From the NCBI GenBank assembly GCA_043228905.1, contig JBHGNT010000009.1, positions 17,174,001 to 17,238,000 on the forward strand: DNA of 64,000 nucleotides. Direction: 5' to 3'. A model generated the notes under the pieces. It did no database searches and had not been told where the DNA came from. It worked only from the letters and a program-made list of their open reading frames with translations. The stretch's first letter is position 1; each line of letters starts with the position of its first letter. The DNA comes from Azolla caroliniana (taxonomy: Eukaryota; Plantae; Polypodiophyta). Made by a program: the position numbers and the translations under genes. Positions 26,115 through 37,883 of this stretch are shown piece after piece.

Positions 26115-26759
26115 TTCTTGAATCCTATGTTGCCAATATGGAAACACATGTTGAGATAAAGGATGGCCAAACTGGTGAACTTTCCTTTGTTTTAAAGGCA
26201 TTAGAAGGGAAAAGAAAAAAATAACCGAGGAAGCAATTTGCACTTGGTTGGGTCGTTGGGAGTCTCATTTTGAGCCTCACCCTAAGCCTGATAGTACGAA
26301 AATTGTACAGGTTGCACATGAGTTAGGTGGAAAGATGTCACCTTGAGGCACAATCTTTGTACTACAAAGAAATGCCCCATACTTGGGATACCTTCATGGA
26401 CATCCTTAAATTGTTTCTACATTCACCTTCTCAACTTGATGCCACAAAAATGCAATGACTCTCTAATAGCTCATTTCATTCTCTTGAGGATTACATTCAT
26501 CATAGTTAAATGCAAACTCAAAAACCACGAATTGAGGGAAAAAAATGGTTTAACGTTGTTGAGATTGTAACTCTATACATGCACACTTCAAAAAAGGATT
26601 GTAATAAACTTGAGTTACTAGAACCAGGGCCAACATCTTTCATTGGGGTAAGCACTAACTGCAATGAGGAATCTGGTCAAAACTGTAAGCGATCATATGC
26701 ATATTAGTGCATACAAACAATGACTTTGTTCATTCCTTGGTTTTGTCTACAAAAATCTC

Positions 26760-27290
26760 TTCGTAATTTTTCGTAATTGATGACACAGTTTATTGATCTT
26801 TTAAAGGGTCAAAAGTGTAATTCTACTAAACCAATTTCTTAGAATGACTTTACGAGAATGTTTTACCATTCTCAAGGAACATGTATGTGTTGTTCCTACA
26901 CTTCTGCACTTACCTAAATGATTGACCCTTCGAAACCTTGTGAAGTTGAAACCAACGCTAGTAATTATAAAATTGGCATCATTCTATATCACAACATCAT
27001 TTTTCAGATTAAGAAACTCGATTCTACTCAACATCAGTATTCAGTTCAAGAAAAATAACTTTTGCTGTCATTCATGCAATTAAACCCTAAGAAAATATTT
27101 TTTTATGGAAATTGTTTTGTGGCCACAACAGGTAATCAACATGATCTTGTTGTTGTAAAGGCAAATGGGCAAATATCCTCCAAACCTTTGAGTTTCCATT
27201 TGTTATCGCAATGGTTCAATAAACACAATTGTTGATGCTCTTAGTCATATTCATGAAATTAACATTCTTCAATTCACTAATTAATATCTA
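26760..27290 (+). mobile_element. Ty3/gypsy RT-RNase H relic
   Basis: Degenerate EVET(D/N)ASNY.IG and KKLD..Q..YS.QEK.L.AVIHA motifs. Confidence 0.65.
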
Positions 27291-28719
27291 ATCTTCTTCA
27301 TCGACTTTGAAAACCTTTGATCGCAACCCTATCACTCCCTCATCCCATTTCATGTTAAGTGTTTGTAGATCTTTCAAACCATAAAGTAAGCTGATACTTT
27401 TTATTTTCACCTTGAAAATTGTTTTTTTGAGAGAAGAGGTTTGGACTTGATCCAGTCTCGTTATTATCAAATGGTCGCATGCTCCTAATATATATGTTCA
27501 TGATATTTAGTCATACACCCGAGTGAAATTGCTAGTGATGAGATTTTTGTTTGCCCTTTGCAAGGTAAAAAGTTTCAGGCTGAAAATAATTTGAAGATAT
27601 TGAATAGTATCTCTACATGAACTTCATGGTTTATTGGGAGGACATACTTTGAAAGGATGGTAAGATATATATTAGAAGACCTTTCCTAAACTTAAAAGGA
27701 AGAAAGGTAGCCACGAGTTCTTTTGGGTTTTTCCCTATGTAAACCCAAACCAAATTACATAGGCGCCGGATTTCTTATTGACTAATGTCCACCAAAAGTA
27801 GGGTCTCTATGCTTTCCCAGTATCATTCACAAGCATTTCCACCTTTGGCCCCTTTATCTTGCCTAGAGCTCCTTAACACTCCACCTTCTCTAGTTTTCAG
27901 TATTTTGGAGCTATTATATTGTTTTTATGGCTTTGTTCCACATTTTCTGATCCTCTTTTTCTCCTTAAAGCATTCTGCTAACATTGATTCTAGCCGTTTT
28001 CCAGGCAACATCCACAAGTTTCCTTTGGCTTTAATCCTTTATCTTATACTTCATAATTGATCTCAACAATTCTCACGTCATTCTTTCAAGCCATTGTAAT
28101 TGTTTCATCTCAATGAAGTGAATCTTGATTGTAAGTGAGGAATGGTGAATCCCTCATGGTTTCAAGAGGTGAGTGTGGATCACATGTCCTTCAGGATGGA
28201 CACAATGTCTTGGAGAGAAAAAAGTTAGAGCTGAATATATTGAACATAAAAAAGGCAGCAATGTGGTCACAAGAATGATAACTTTTCTTTTTTTCTTTTT
28301 ATCTAACTGATCAGGCACCAACATGGCGCAGAGAATTACAAATTGGCATTGAGCTTTTAATCAGATGAAGAGACTATTATATCTCACAAAAATATCCAAC
28401 AAAGTTATTGAAGGGTAACTATTGTCATGGAATGGATAACAATGCTAGAAATGGGATATTAATACCATCTTCATGCTTCAAGATGGAAAGAAATATGCAA
28501 GATAGAAGTGTGTTAATTGCACTATAAAGTTAAAACTTTACAACTCACCTTTCAGGTGACCACTTGTGTGGTGCAAAAATACAAAGCAGATTCATCTGAT
28601 TAGCAAAGAGAACAGACACACTAACACATATGAACTATGAAACAAAATAAGTTAAGGAGTTTACCTCAAAGAATTGATTGAAGGCTGCAAAGAAGAACAA
28701 AATCAATCTAAATGTAAAT

Positions 28720-29614
28720 CTATTCTTCTCTTTTAGGTCGATTTCGAGTTCCGACCACAGCAACATTATCTGCAGGTTCACTTTCCTCTGTTGAATCCTC
28801 ATCATTTCTCTTGCCATCAGGAAGAAGTCTCTGGGGATTAAATCGCTTCTCCCATTCCTCTGCCTGGAACAACATAAAGGACGAAGAGACGAAATCAAAT
28901 GCCTTTTTTTACAATAACCGCTAAAAAAAGGAAACGGAATTTCAAGGTTTTTGGATGCTCAGGTATAAAAGAAACAAAGCAATGCAACGGTTTCTCAAGG
29001 TAAAGATGAATGATGACTTTTTCCTTATTTTCTCCTTCAACTTTACGGTTTAAGATAAGGAAACGGAATATCTGTACTAAAAGAAGAAGCAAATGTCTTA
29101 CCACTGCCAAAACCTCTGATGGTAAAGATTGAGTAGGAAGAGAATGAGAAGACGATAAAGTTCATACCTCTGCTAAAGATTCTGCTTCAAGCTTCCGCAG
29201 GAGGACCTTTCCTGTAATGGCGGCTCCTCCAGCAAGAAGTAAAGGAACAACGATGGAAGCGATAATGGCGTTTCGAGAAGCAGGTTTTAATGGAGGCTTC
29301 TGCTTTTTGGCGATAGCATTTATCTCCAAGAAGAAGTGCTTCTTCGCATGTTGATTCTCTTTCTCTGGGGAATAATCAATCGAAGAAGAAGAAGAAGGGA
29401 GCTTGCATCCACTGAGGAGAAGATGGAGTGATGGCGAGAGAAGAGATGCGGCGGATGAGGGAGAAGTGGGGCTTCTTCTGCAGAGCAGGGGTGGGAGATG
29501 GCTAGATGATGGAGTTGAGGTCTTTCTGCTGCTGCTACTGCTGCTGCAGGGGAGAGGAGATCGCCATGGCTGAGGAGAGAAGCTTATCGTCTGCATCATC
29601 GCCTTGGACTCCAT
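28720..29614 (-). CDS. Unknown ~196-aa protein: Ser-rich transit-peptide-like N-terminus, one transmembrane helix, acidic tail; 2 coding exons (29614-29168, 28863-28720)
   Basis: ATG at 29614 (MESKAMM..), S/P-rich N-terminus, hydrophobic IIASIVVPLLLAGGAAITG, GT donor after 29168, CAG acceptor before 28863, in-frame AEEWEKRF...PKREE* ending TAG at 28720. Confidence 0.7.
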
Positions 29615-30190
29615 GGCTGGAAACAAAAACAGGAACGGATGGCTCTCGATTTTGCAGTACATACATGCATAACATAGATATTGAGAGCTTTTTGCGTCCC
29701 GCCGGATTCGAACTCGAGACCGCATGAATTACACATTTATTTTTGGCCCCTCATTTATATACATACATACTTTGGTCTCCACAAGTACATGTATATATAT
29801 GTACCAATTAATAATTAGTCTACCGCCAATTAATTAGTAATGTCGATAATTAGCATAAATATATCCCAATTAATAACTCCTCCACTGCAATTAGTGCCTC
29901 GCGTGTTCTGCTCTCGGCTACCTCCTCTGTACTCTCGATCTCATCTCGTGCATCATCCATGTTGTGGTGTCCTTGTTCTGTCCCAAGCCCAAATCCCAAT
30001 CCTAAAGAAGGCGCCACCCTGGGTTGTCCCAACGGCCAATGTTTGGCCTATATGAGGTGGATCATTCCTTGTTTGTGTTCATTCTCAATTTCACCGTTTT
30101 GGCTCCAAGGAGCATGGAGTTCTCTCTCTTCCTTAGTTGTGTCCCGACTCAATCCCAACTTCAGGTTTTGGTTTGTCCCAAATTGGGGAT

Positions 30191-31258
30191 TGTTGTAAGC
30201 TACGGAATATAATATATGTACATGTTTTGTGTCGCAACCTTTTGTTTTCGCTCACTTCTTATTGTGTTTTAAGCCACACTTCCCTTACTCCAATATTGGT
30301 CCCATAAGTCTTAGTTGGATTGTTGTAGGCGTGGCTCGATGGTGGAGTGTCGATCATTCAAAGCGATGGGTTCGAATCCCTCCTTTTGTGAAAAAATCGA
30401 CATGGTCCCTTTGTCACTTAAGTTCACACCGGAAATATGGTTTATGCTTCATCTCAAAAGGAGAACATAATAAGTAAACTCAAACAAGATAAATTAAAAT
30501 ATTTATAAGCATTTAAAAATCCCATAGTTCACAGTACATGTTTTGGGGAAATGAATCGAGATTGTCCAACATTTGAACCCTTTGGCATAGGATAAGAAAC
30601 GATTTTAATAAGAGAATATTTTGAGGAATATCCTTGATTTGGAGCATCAAGTATATGCTTCCTCGTATTGGTCGTCATATGCCTCCTATGTGACCTCCTC
30701 ATATTGGTTGTCATAGACCTCCCGTGTGCCTGCCCTCCTCGTATTGGTCGTCATAAGCATCCCGCATGCCCTCCTCGTGTTGGTCGTCATAACCCTCCCA
30801 CGTGCTCTCTTGATCCGTTACCTCATGTTTTTGTTTGTTGTCAAATCCTATGTATTCAAATCCCAAAACTTGTGAGCATGACAATGGTCTCTCTTGCTCA
30901 TTCTATATCTTTAAGGAGCTCTCTTGCTAAATAAAAATAGTATTCTCTCTTTTAAACACGCACCATTACTTTTAAGTTTGAGCATGCACTTTGTCCTTAT
31001 CTCTGGGCACTTGGGTTTGGCAAAATGTATGTTGATCGACCATTCACATTTACTACACACTTTCTTAACATCACCCATACGTTGTATCTCATAATTTCCC
31101 CTCAATCGCTTTTACTAGGTTTTGAACCCTTGTCCTTTTGTTACGACTTGTTAAACATTCTTCTTTACACTTTTTTCCCATTGTCACTTTGTCTAGAATC
31201 TTACCTATACCAATAAAACTTGACGTTTTTTTCTCTTCTGACATAACACGTTACAACA
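30191..31258 (+). mobile_element. Possible LTR-like element with tRNA-like segment and ~33-bp minisatellite
   Basis: TGTTGTAA...TTACAACA ends (both flanked by AT); A-box TGGCTCGATGG 30332-42, B-box GGTTCGAATCC 30369-79; repeats CCTCGTATTGGTCGTCATA 30660-30790; AATAAA at ~31212. Confidence 0.4.
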
Positions 31259-33531
31259 ATGTTCACTAAATACTAATGGATATACACTATACTATTATTT
31301 TTGAGCTCGGGTATTCACAATTTTAGAGATGTAACAACCATCTCCAAAATATCTTCCTTAAAAGCTCTCTCTTATAAATGCAAACATGAAACTAACATCC
31401 CAAAATTTGCAAACAAAATGCGAGTCATGCATGTTTTTGACTCATAGTTTTGCTTTTATATTTTGACAATAGCTTATTGTCATAGACTTGTATTTTGAAA
31501 ATATTTATAAGAAAAATGACCAAGAGATTACTCTCTATAGTGTAATTAAAGTAAGAATTCGATTAGTACTCTTCACGTCCAAATGTCAATATATTGGAGA
31601 AATATAAAAAGTTTTGACATCCCAAAATAAATAAGGGTTAATCATTTGCATGTCACCATTGCATTACATTGCATGTAAGTAAGTTATGGTGAACACGCAC
31701 CTTACCTAAACACAATCTCATTTATCAACATTCTCCCCCTTCCACCAAATAATCAATAAGTAAGAAAACCCACAGCCAAAATTCCTTAGAAAATGTTGGT
31801 ACCAACTACATCGCCCTCCTCCTCGAAGAACAAGAGAGTGACTAATATGCTTCAAATGTAGGTTGCACAATACTCGATGAAACTAAAAACCAATTGGATA
31901 ATTTATTAAGATTATCATAAGTGACCCCGATCACATGGTTGATTAATCTATCTTGTTAGGTGCATTAGGCAAAAAAAATATATCCCTTCAAAATGGTTAA
32001 GTTGATATATACTCCAAATATATTGCATATTCTTGTTTACATGTTTGATCTTAATTTTCATACAATTGGGAGCTTCATCTTTGATCAAGCATATATTTGG
32101 GAGATGTTTAAATGAGATACATTACTAGTTTCTCAAAGTTATACTGTTAAGAATCAAGCTCAACTTGGTCTAGTGTGTGAACTCACCTTGAGAGTGAATA
32201 GACACTCCAACGGTCAAGAGTCACCATTATGCCACCTCTTTGTATTCTAGCATTTAGTATGAGTCATAGAATCATATTCTATGACACATAACTTATGAGC
32301 TTTCACATTCCCCATGCTCCATGAGTTTTGTAGTTAATGAAGAGAGAGGGTGACTATATAAATCACCCTCCTCCCACCTTGTATATGTCGAGTCTTTCTC
32401 CTTTGTTAATATACTTTACCTTGCGTATTCTCTATGTTTTACTCCTTATCTCTCTCACTCTCTCTCTCTCTCTCATACACACACATAACTCACATCTCTT
32501 CCGCTTCAGAAGAATCATATCTGATTCTTTACATGGTATCAGAGCGGTTTGGTAGCTCCATCTAGCCCATCTGCGTTGACGTTCAAGAAGAACCGGCTCA
32601 TCGCTATCGTAGCTATCGTAGCTTTGCTACATAGCTCGCATTCGAAGAGAGAAGAAGAAGAAGAAGAAGAAGAATTGACATAATGAATACTCAAATGGGG
32701 AGCGCTCTCCCTACCGAGAAGTTGGATCGAAACAACTTCGCATATTGGGAGTACAAGATGCACCAATACCTTGTTGGACAAGGCTATTGGAGCTACATCA
32801 AAGGGGAGCACGAAGACCGACCAACCGAAGCGGCTCCCGGATACGCGACATGGGAGCAAGTCGCAAGCCCCGTGATGTATTGATTGGCGACATGTGTTGA
32901 CGATCACATGCTCGGCTACATTCGCGAAGCCAAGACGCCGAAGGAGGCATGGGAAAATCTACGAAAGATTTTCGCAGTGAACACAACCGCAAGAAGGCTT
33001 CAACTCCGCCAAGAGTTGAACAACATTCAACAAACGGACATGTCCATCATGACATACACCTCGAAGATCAAGGAGCTTTGCAATTCGCTTGGCTCGATAA
33101 GCGTAAATATCAATGATGATGAGATGGTGCAAATATGCCTCAACGGCCTCGCACCACGGTTCGGCGCGATGCGAACAACCATTCTAGCACGGGAGAAATC
33201 TCCCTCCTTCTTCGAGCTCCAATCAATGCTATTGGTCGAAGAAAACCACGTGCGTACAAGGAGCAATGAGTTGGAAGGCCGCATGCTCTACACGCACTCA
33301 AACGGAGGAAGAGGACGCAGATGAGCGAGAGGCCGATTCGGCCAAGGACAAGGCGGACGAGGTTCGACCTACGACAACAACTCCCAATTTCGGCCCCAAA
33401 ACGGAAGCCAACGAGGAACCTTCGCAAGAAGGGGGAGCTTCCACTCCAGCCCGAACCGTCAAAACACAACCAAATGCGGATATTGCGGAAAGTTCAGCCA
33501 CCACGAAGAAGAGTGCCGAAAGAAGATGTGA

Positions 33532-34291
33532 TGTCGTAGTGTGAATCACACACTACGTGAAATATGTAAAATACTATATCCAATTCAAAGTACGTATAAT
33601 AAAAAAATATTTATTATGTACATAGGGCAAGATTCAAACCCTATACCTGCACGTAGACAAACCCCAACTTTACCATTGTACTAACTTATCCTTAATATTT
33701 AATACCTATAAGGCCTTTATTTACGCCTACCTTTATTAAAAAGGTAAGTCATGCATTTTTACAGTGCGTGAATACTTTATTTATAAGAAAAATGTAAACC
33801 AATAAAATATTACTCGTGCACATTAGCGAGCATGAGCACTATATTTAGGAAATAAAAGCATAGTGTAAAAAGCAACTCATGCACATTTAGTGTGCATTAA
33901 CACTTTAGAAAAAGCATAGAGTCTATCTATAGAAAAAGCATGGATTGTTAAGACTCTCTCATCACTATATAAGGATGAGGAGCACAATGTAATAGGTGTG
34001 AAATATTTGGGAAATTGGATATATTTCCTAAAACACCAATTAATAAAATATATTCGTGGGATTCACGAAGTTTTATATAATCTACTCTTCCAATCTATGC
34101 TAAATTGTTATCAGGATTCTAAATATTAATAAATCTAATTATATATATACTTGTGGGATTCACAAGTTCTTTTATCTCTTTCTTATAATCTATTCATAAC
34201 TAGTCTTGTCTCAAATTCTTCCTCCTCCTAGTCCAAAACCCAGTGGTTCCCACCCGACTCACGCAATGATCTGGTGCCGAAAGGCACGACA
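33532..34291 (+). mobile_element. Family X LTR-like insertion in gag of element B
   Basis: TGTCGTAG...CACGACA; interrupts the KKM(R)ESA sequence after the zinc knuckle; TATA CTATATAAG ~33965; minus-strand tRNA-like segment 33624-33686; terminal hairpins. Confidence 0.85.
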
Positions 34292-36522
34292 ACGCGAATC
34301 GGCTTCCACAAGCCGACAACTCACGAATTACGCGCACAATTCTGACTACGAAGAGTATAGTGGAATGTACGGGTACAACTCCAACTACGAAGATCGTGGC
34401 GGAATGTACGCACACAACTCCGACCGTGGCGGAATGTTCATGATGAAACATAGAGCAAACTCTATGTCGGCCTCTACCTCAACTAGTGCCCTCAATTCGG
34501 AGGACGTATGGTTTGTGGACTCCAGAGCCTCAAACCATATGATATCTCATAAAGAATGGTTTCTCGAACTTCGAGAGCCGAAGCGACCCGGTTATGTCGA
34601 AACCGGAGATGACACTATGCACCCGATTCGGCACATCGGCAATGTTCCGTTCGGCGAAAGAGGTAAGCAAATATACATTAAAAATGTCTTCATGTTCCCA
34701 CCATCACAAAGAATTTGGTCTCAATTAGCCAAATGGTTGAGCAAGGGATGCAAGTACGATTCGACCAAGAAGGGTGCTTCATCGAAAAAGAAGGCCGAAT
34801 CATCGCGCACGGAAGAAGAGAGAGCCAGATGTTCATTCTCGATTCACACGAGATGAAATCTGCCATGTTCGCAAAAAGCACGAAAGTCGACTCCGACATA
34901 GAGCTATCGCACAAGCGAATCAGCCACATCAATCTCAACAAACTCAAAGCAATGAAATCGAAAGGAGTTGTCATCGGACTCCCGACATTCAAAGAGAAAG
35001 AGATTGATGCGAAGTGTGCCAATTCGGCAAGCAACACCAACACCCATTCCCGAATGAGTGGAACGTGAGCAAAGGTCTCAACGTAGTCCATTCTGACGTA
35101 TGGGGACCGACGCAGACGACTACATTCGGCGGATGCCAATATTACGTGCTCTTCATCAACGACTTCTCCATGCACACTTGGATCTATCAGATGCGGCAAA
35201 AGAGCGAAGTGTTCGGACACTTCCAAAAATTTAAGAATGCAGTTGAGAAAGCCACGGGTCGTCATGTACAATGCCTTCAATCGGATGGCGGCAAGGAGTA
35301 CTTCTCGGACGATTTCACAGCGTATCTCCGAAAGGAAGGAATTTGGCGAGAATTCACTTGCTGACACACTCCGCAACAAAATGGAGTAGCCGAGCACAAA
35401 AATCGGCACATCCTTGAAGTAGCGCGGACCATTATAAACGAGAAGCATATGCCCAAGTCATATATGGGTTGAAACTGCAAATATGGCCGTCTACCTAATG
35501 AACCGGTGCACAACATCTGAAGTGCATGAGGTCATTCCGCACGAAAAATACTTCAGAAAGAAGCCGAACTTATCACACACCCGAATATTCGGCGCGATAG
35601 CGTACGTGCACATCCCTGACGAGAAGCGTCAAAAGCTCGACCCGAAGTCGGAGAAATGTATCCTCGTAGGATACTCACTAGAGCAAAAGGGGGACAAGTG
35701 CTACAACCCCTCAACTCGAAAATCTCGAGTAAGTCGAGACGTCGTTTTTGACGAGTCCGCATCCTGGTACGCACCAGAGACAACTTCGACTCTGACTCTG
35801 CTCGACCCGGAATCCGCCGAACAAGAGGATGAAGATCGCCTTACGCGCATGTTCGAAGAAAGTCCGATCACGACCCAATTGAGCGGACCACAAGAGCCTT
35901 TGAGTGATCAAAGCACATCACGGCCTAGCCCGAAGATGGACAAAGGCAAGGCGAAAATGGCGGAATACGAAGACGATCGCTTCGACGACGATGAGTCGAC
36001 TCCCTCACTCGACAATGAGTTCGACGGCTTCGATGTACCAATCGGAGCTAAGAAAGCCCTCATCTCTGCAAATGAAAAGCTTCGTCGCTCCACCCGTGAC
36101 AAGAATTCAGTCAACCGATTCGACTACAACGACTACATGGCATATCACTATGCCTTTATGATGAAGGTGGCAACAATACACGAGCCAGAAACATTTTCCC
36201 ATGCAACCAAGGATCCATGATGGATCGAAGCCATGAACGAGGAGATGCAGGCCCTACGCAAGAACGAGACATGGGATCTCGTTCCCACCTCACCATAACA
36301 AAAGGCGATCGGATGCAGATGGATTTACAAAGTGAAGTACAATGCTGACGGTTCCGTCAACTGCTACAAAGCGCGACTCGTAGCGAAAGGCTACGCCCAA
36401 ACGCACGCAGTTGACTACGAGGAGACCTTTGCCCCGATGGCAAAGATGACGACGGTACAGACCGTAATTGTGCTTGCCACGGTGAAAGGGTGGCACCTCC
36501 ATCAAATAGACGTCAAGAACAA

Positions 36523-37883
36523 TATCGCGAAGATTTTTGACAATGGTGTGAAAATCGCATAAAACATACGAAATCGAGTATGAATCATATAAAACAATAA
36601 TAGTGAAAATACTATTTTAAATATTTGTAATATCTTAGTACAAAAAGATGGAGGTCTGCAAGAGCTTTCAAATGCACCTTACTACATAAGAAACGGACAT
36701 CTATGTCTCAAGTCATGTGGGTAGGAAGTTTGCAAAGGAAAAGAGAAAAATAAAATTGTGAAATATACCACATAGATAGGAAAAAGTTTAGGCCCAGCTA
36801 TATAAGCAGATTGAGATCCATCATAATTTATCTATGTGTTAAGAGCACATAAGAATGGTTGGACTTGAGCCACTTTTGTCTAGATGGACATATGTGGCTA
36901 AGTCGCCGGATGTGGCTAAGTGCCCAAACCGGTTGGTGAAGAAAAACTCAAACCGGCTGACGACAGAACCAGAAAACCAGATGGAGCCGGCAATCCGTGA
37001 CCGGATGCATCCGGCAACTGGTGATTGGACGGATCCGGCAACCGGTGACGGAATCGGTGATCGACAGTAACCGGTGGTAACCGACGACATCCGGAGCCAG
37101 CAAGACCGACATCCGACGATGGAGCCGGTGTGTCGGTGAGTCGGTGAACACCGACAACGGAGCCGGTGACCGGCAAGCGACTCGGGATGCGGACTAGGCC
37201 GAACCAAACGGATGCAAATCGGATGGATCGGTCGGGTCGGTTGATCGCGGTGCATGGTGTCTTAAAGATGTTTGGTCCAAAAGCCTAATAGTATTTTGTG
37301 CATAAAAGAAAAAGATGTAATCAAGACTTGAACTTAACACCTCCAAGATAGGAAGCAATAGGCTTGCCATTAAGCCAAACCATTTCTTTAGAGATTATAT
37401 TTTTATCATTATGACTTTACATGTAAATTCTCATACATGAGAGCTAAAATAAGTGGCATGGTTATCATGCACCACATGTAATACATGAGCGCCAAATGGC
37501 AAACATGCATTTTATGCATGTCTTGTACCCTCAAATGCATGAGGGCATCTATAAAAGAGGGGAGGAAAAAAAGAAAAGGTAATGTAAATTTTTTATCAAG
37601 AGCTTTGTACTTTATATCAAAATTAATATTAAGAATAAAATTCATTATCCAATTGATATATTAATCTTGTTCTTCAAATCTAAAGTTAAGAGTTCAATCT
37701 TACTGTCTCTCTCCATTTCAATCTCTCTCAATCTAAAGTCAAGCGTTTAATCTCAATTTCTCTCTCTCTCAATCTATCTTAAATACTTTCTCGCTAAAGC
37801 TTGTGCGTACATCAAGTCCTTCTGGTCCAGAACCCCGGCGGTTCCACCTCACGATCCGCACATAGTGACGGATCTTCACGACA
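36523..37883 (+). mobile_element. Family X LTR-like insertion in RT of element B
   Basis: TATCGCGAAGAT...ATCTTCACGACA inverted ends; splits DVKN|AFLQG; GC-rich CCGG repeat tract 36900-37250; minus-strand tRNA-like segment 37319-37381; TATA CTATAAAAG ~37550. Confidence 0.85.

Noticed and set aside
29615-29725. Upstream ATG of the 187-aa ORF
   Set aside because: The extension looks like 5' UTR; the ATG at 29614 has a good context (GCCATGG) and begins the transit-peptide-like region.
34272-34282. TGGTGCCGAAA as a tRNA-Phe primer-binding site
   Set aside because: It lies inside the element end as one arm of a hairpin, is not preceded by an LTR CA, and does not continue CCCGGGA.
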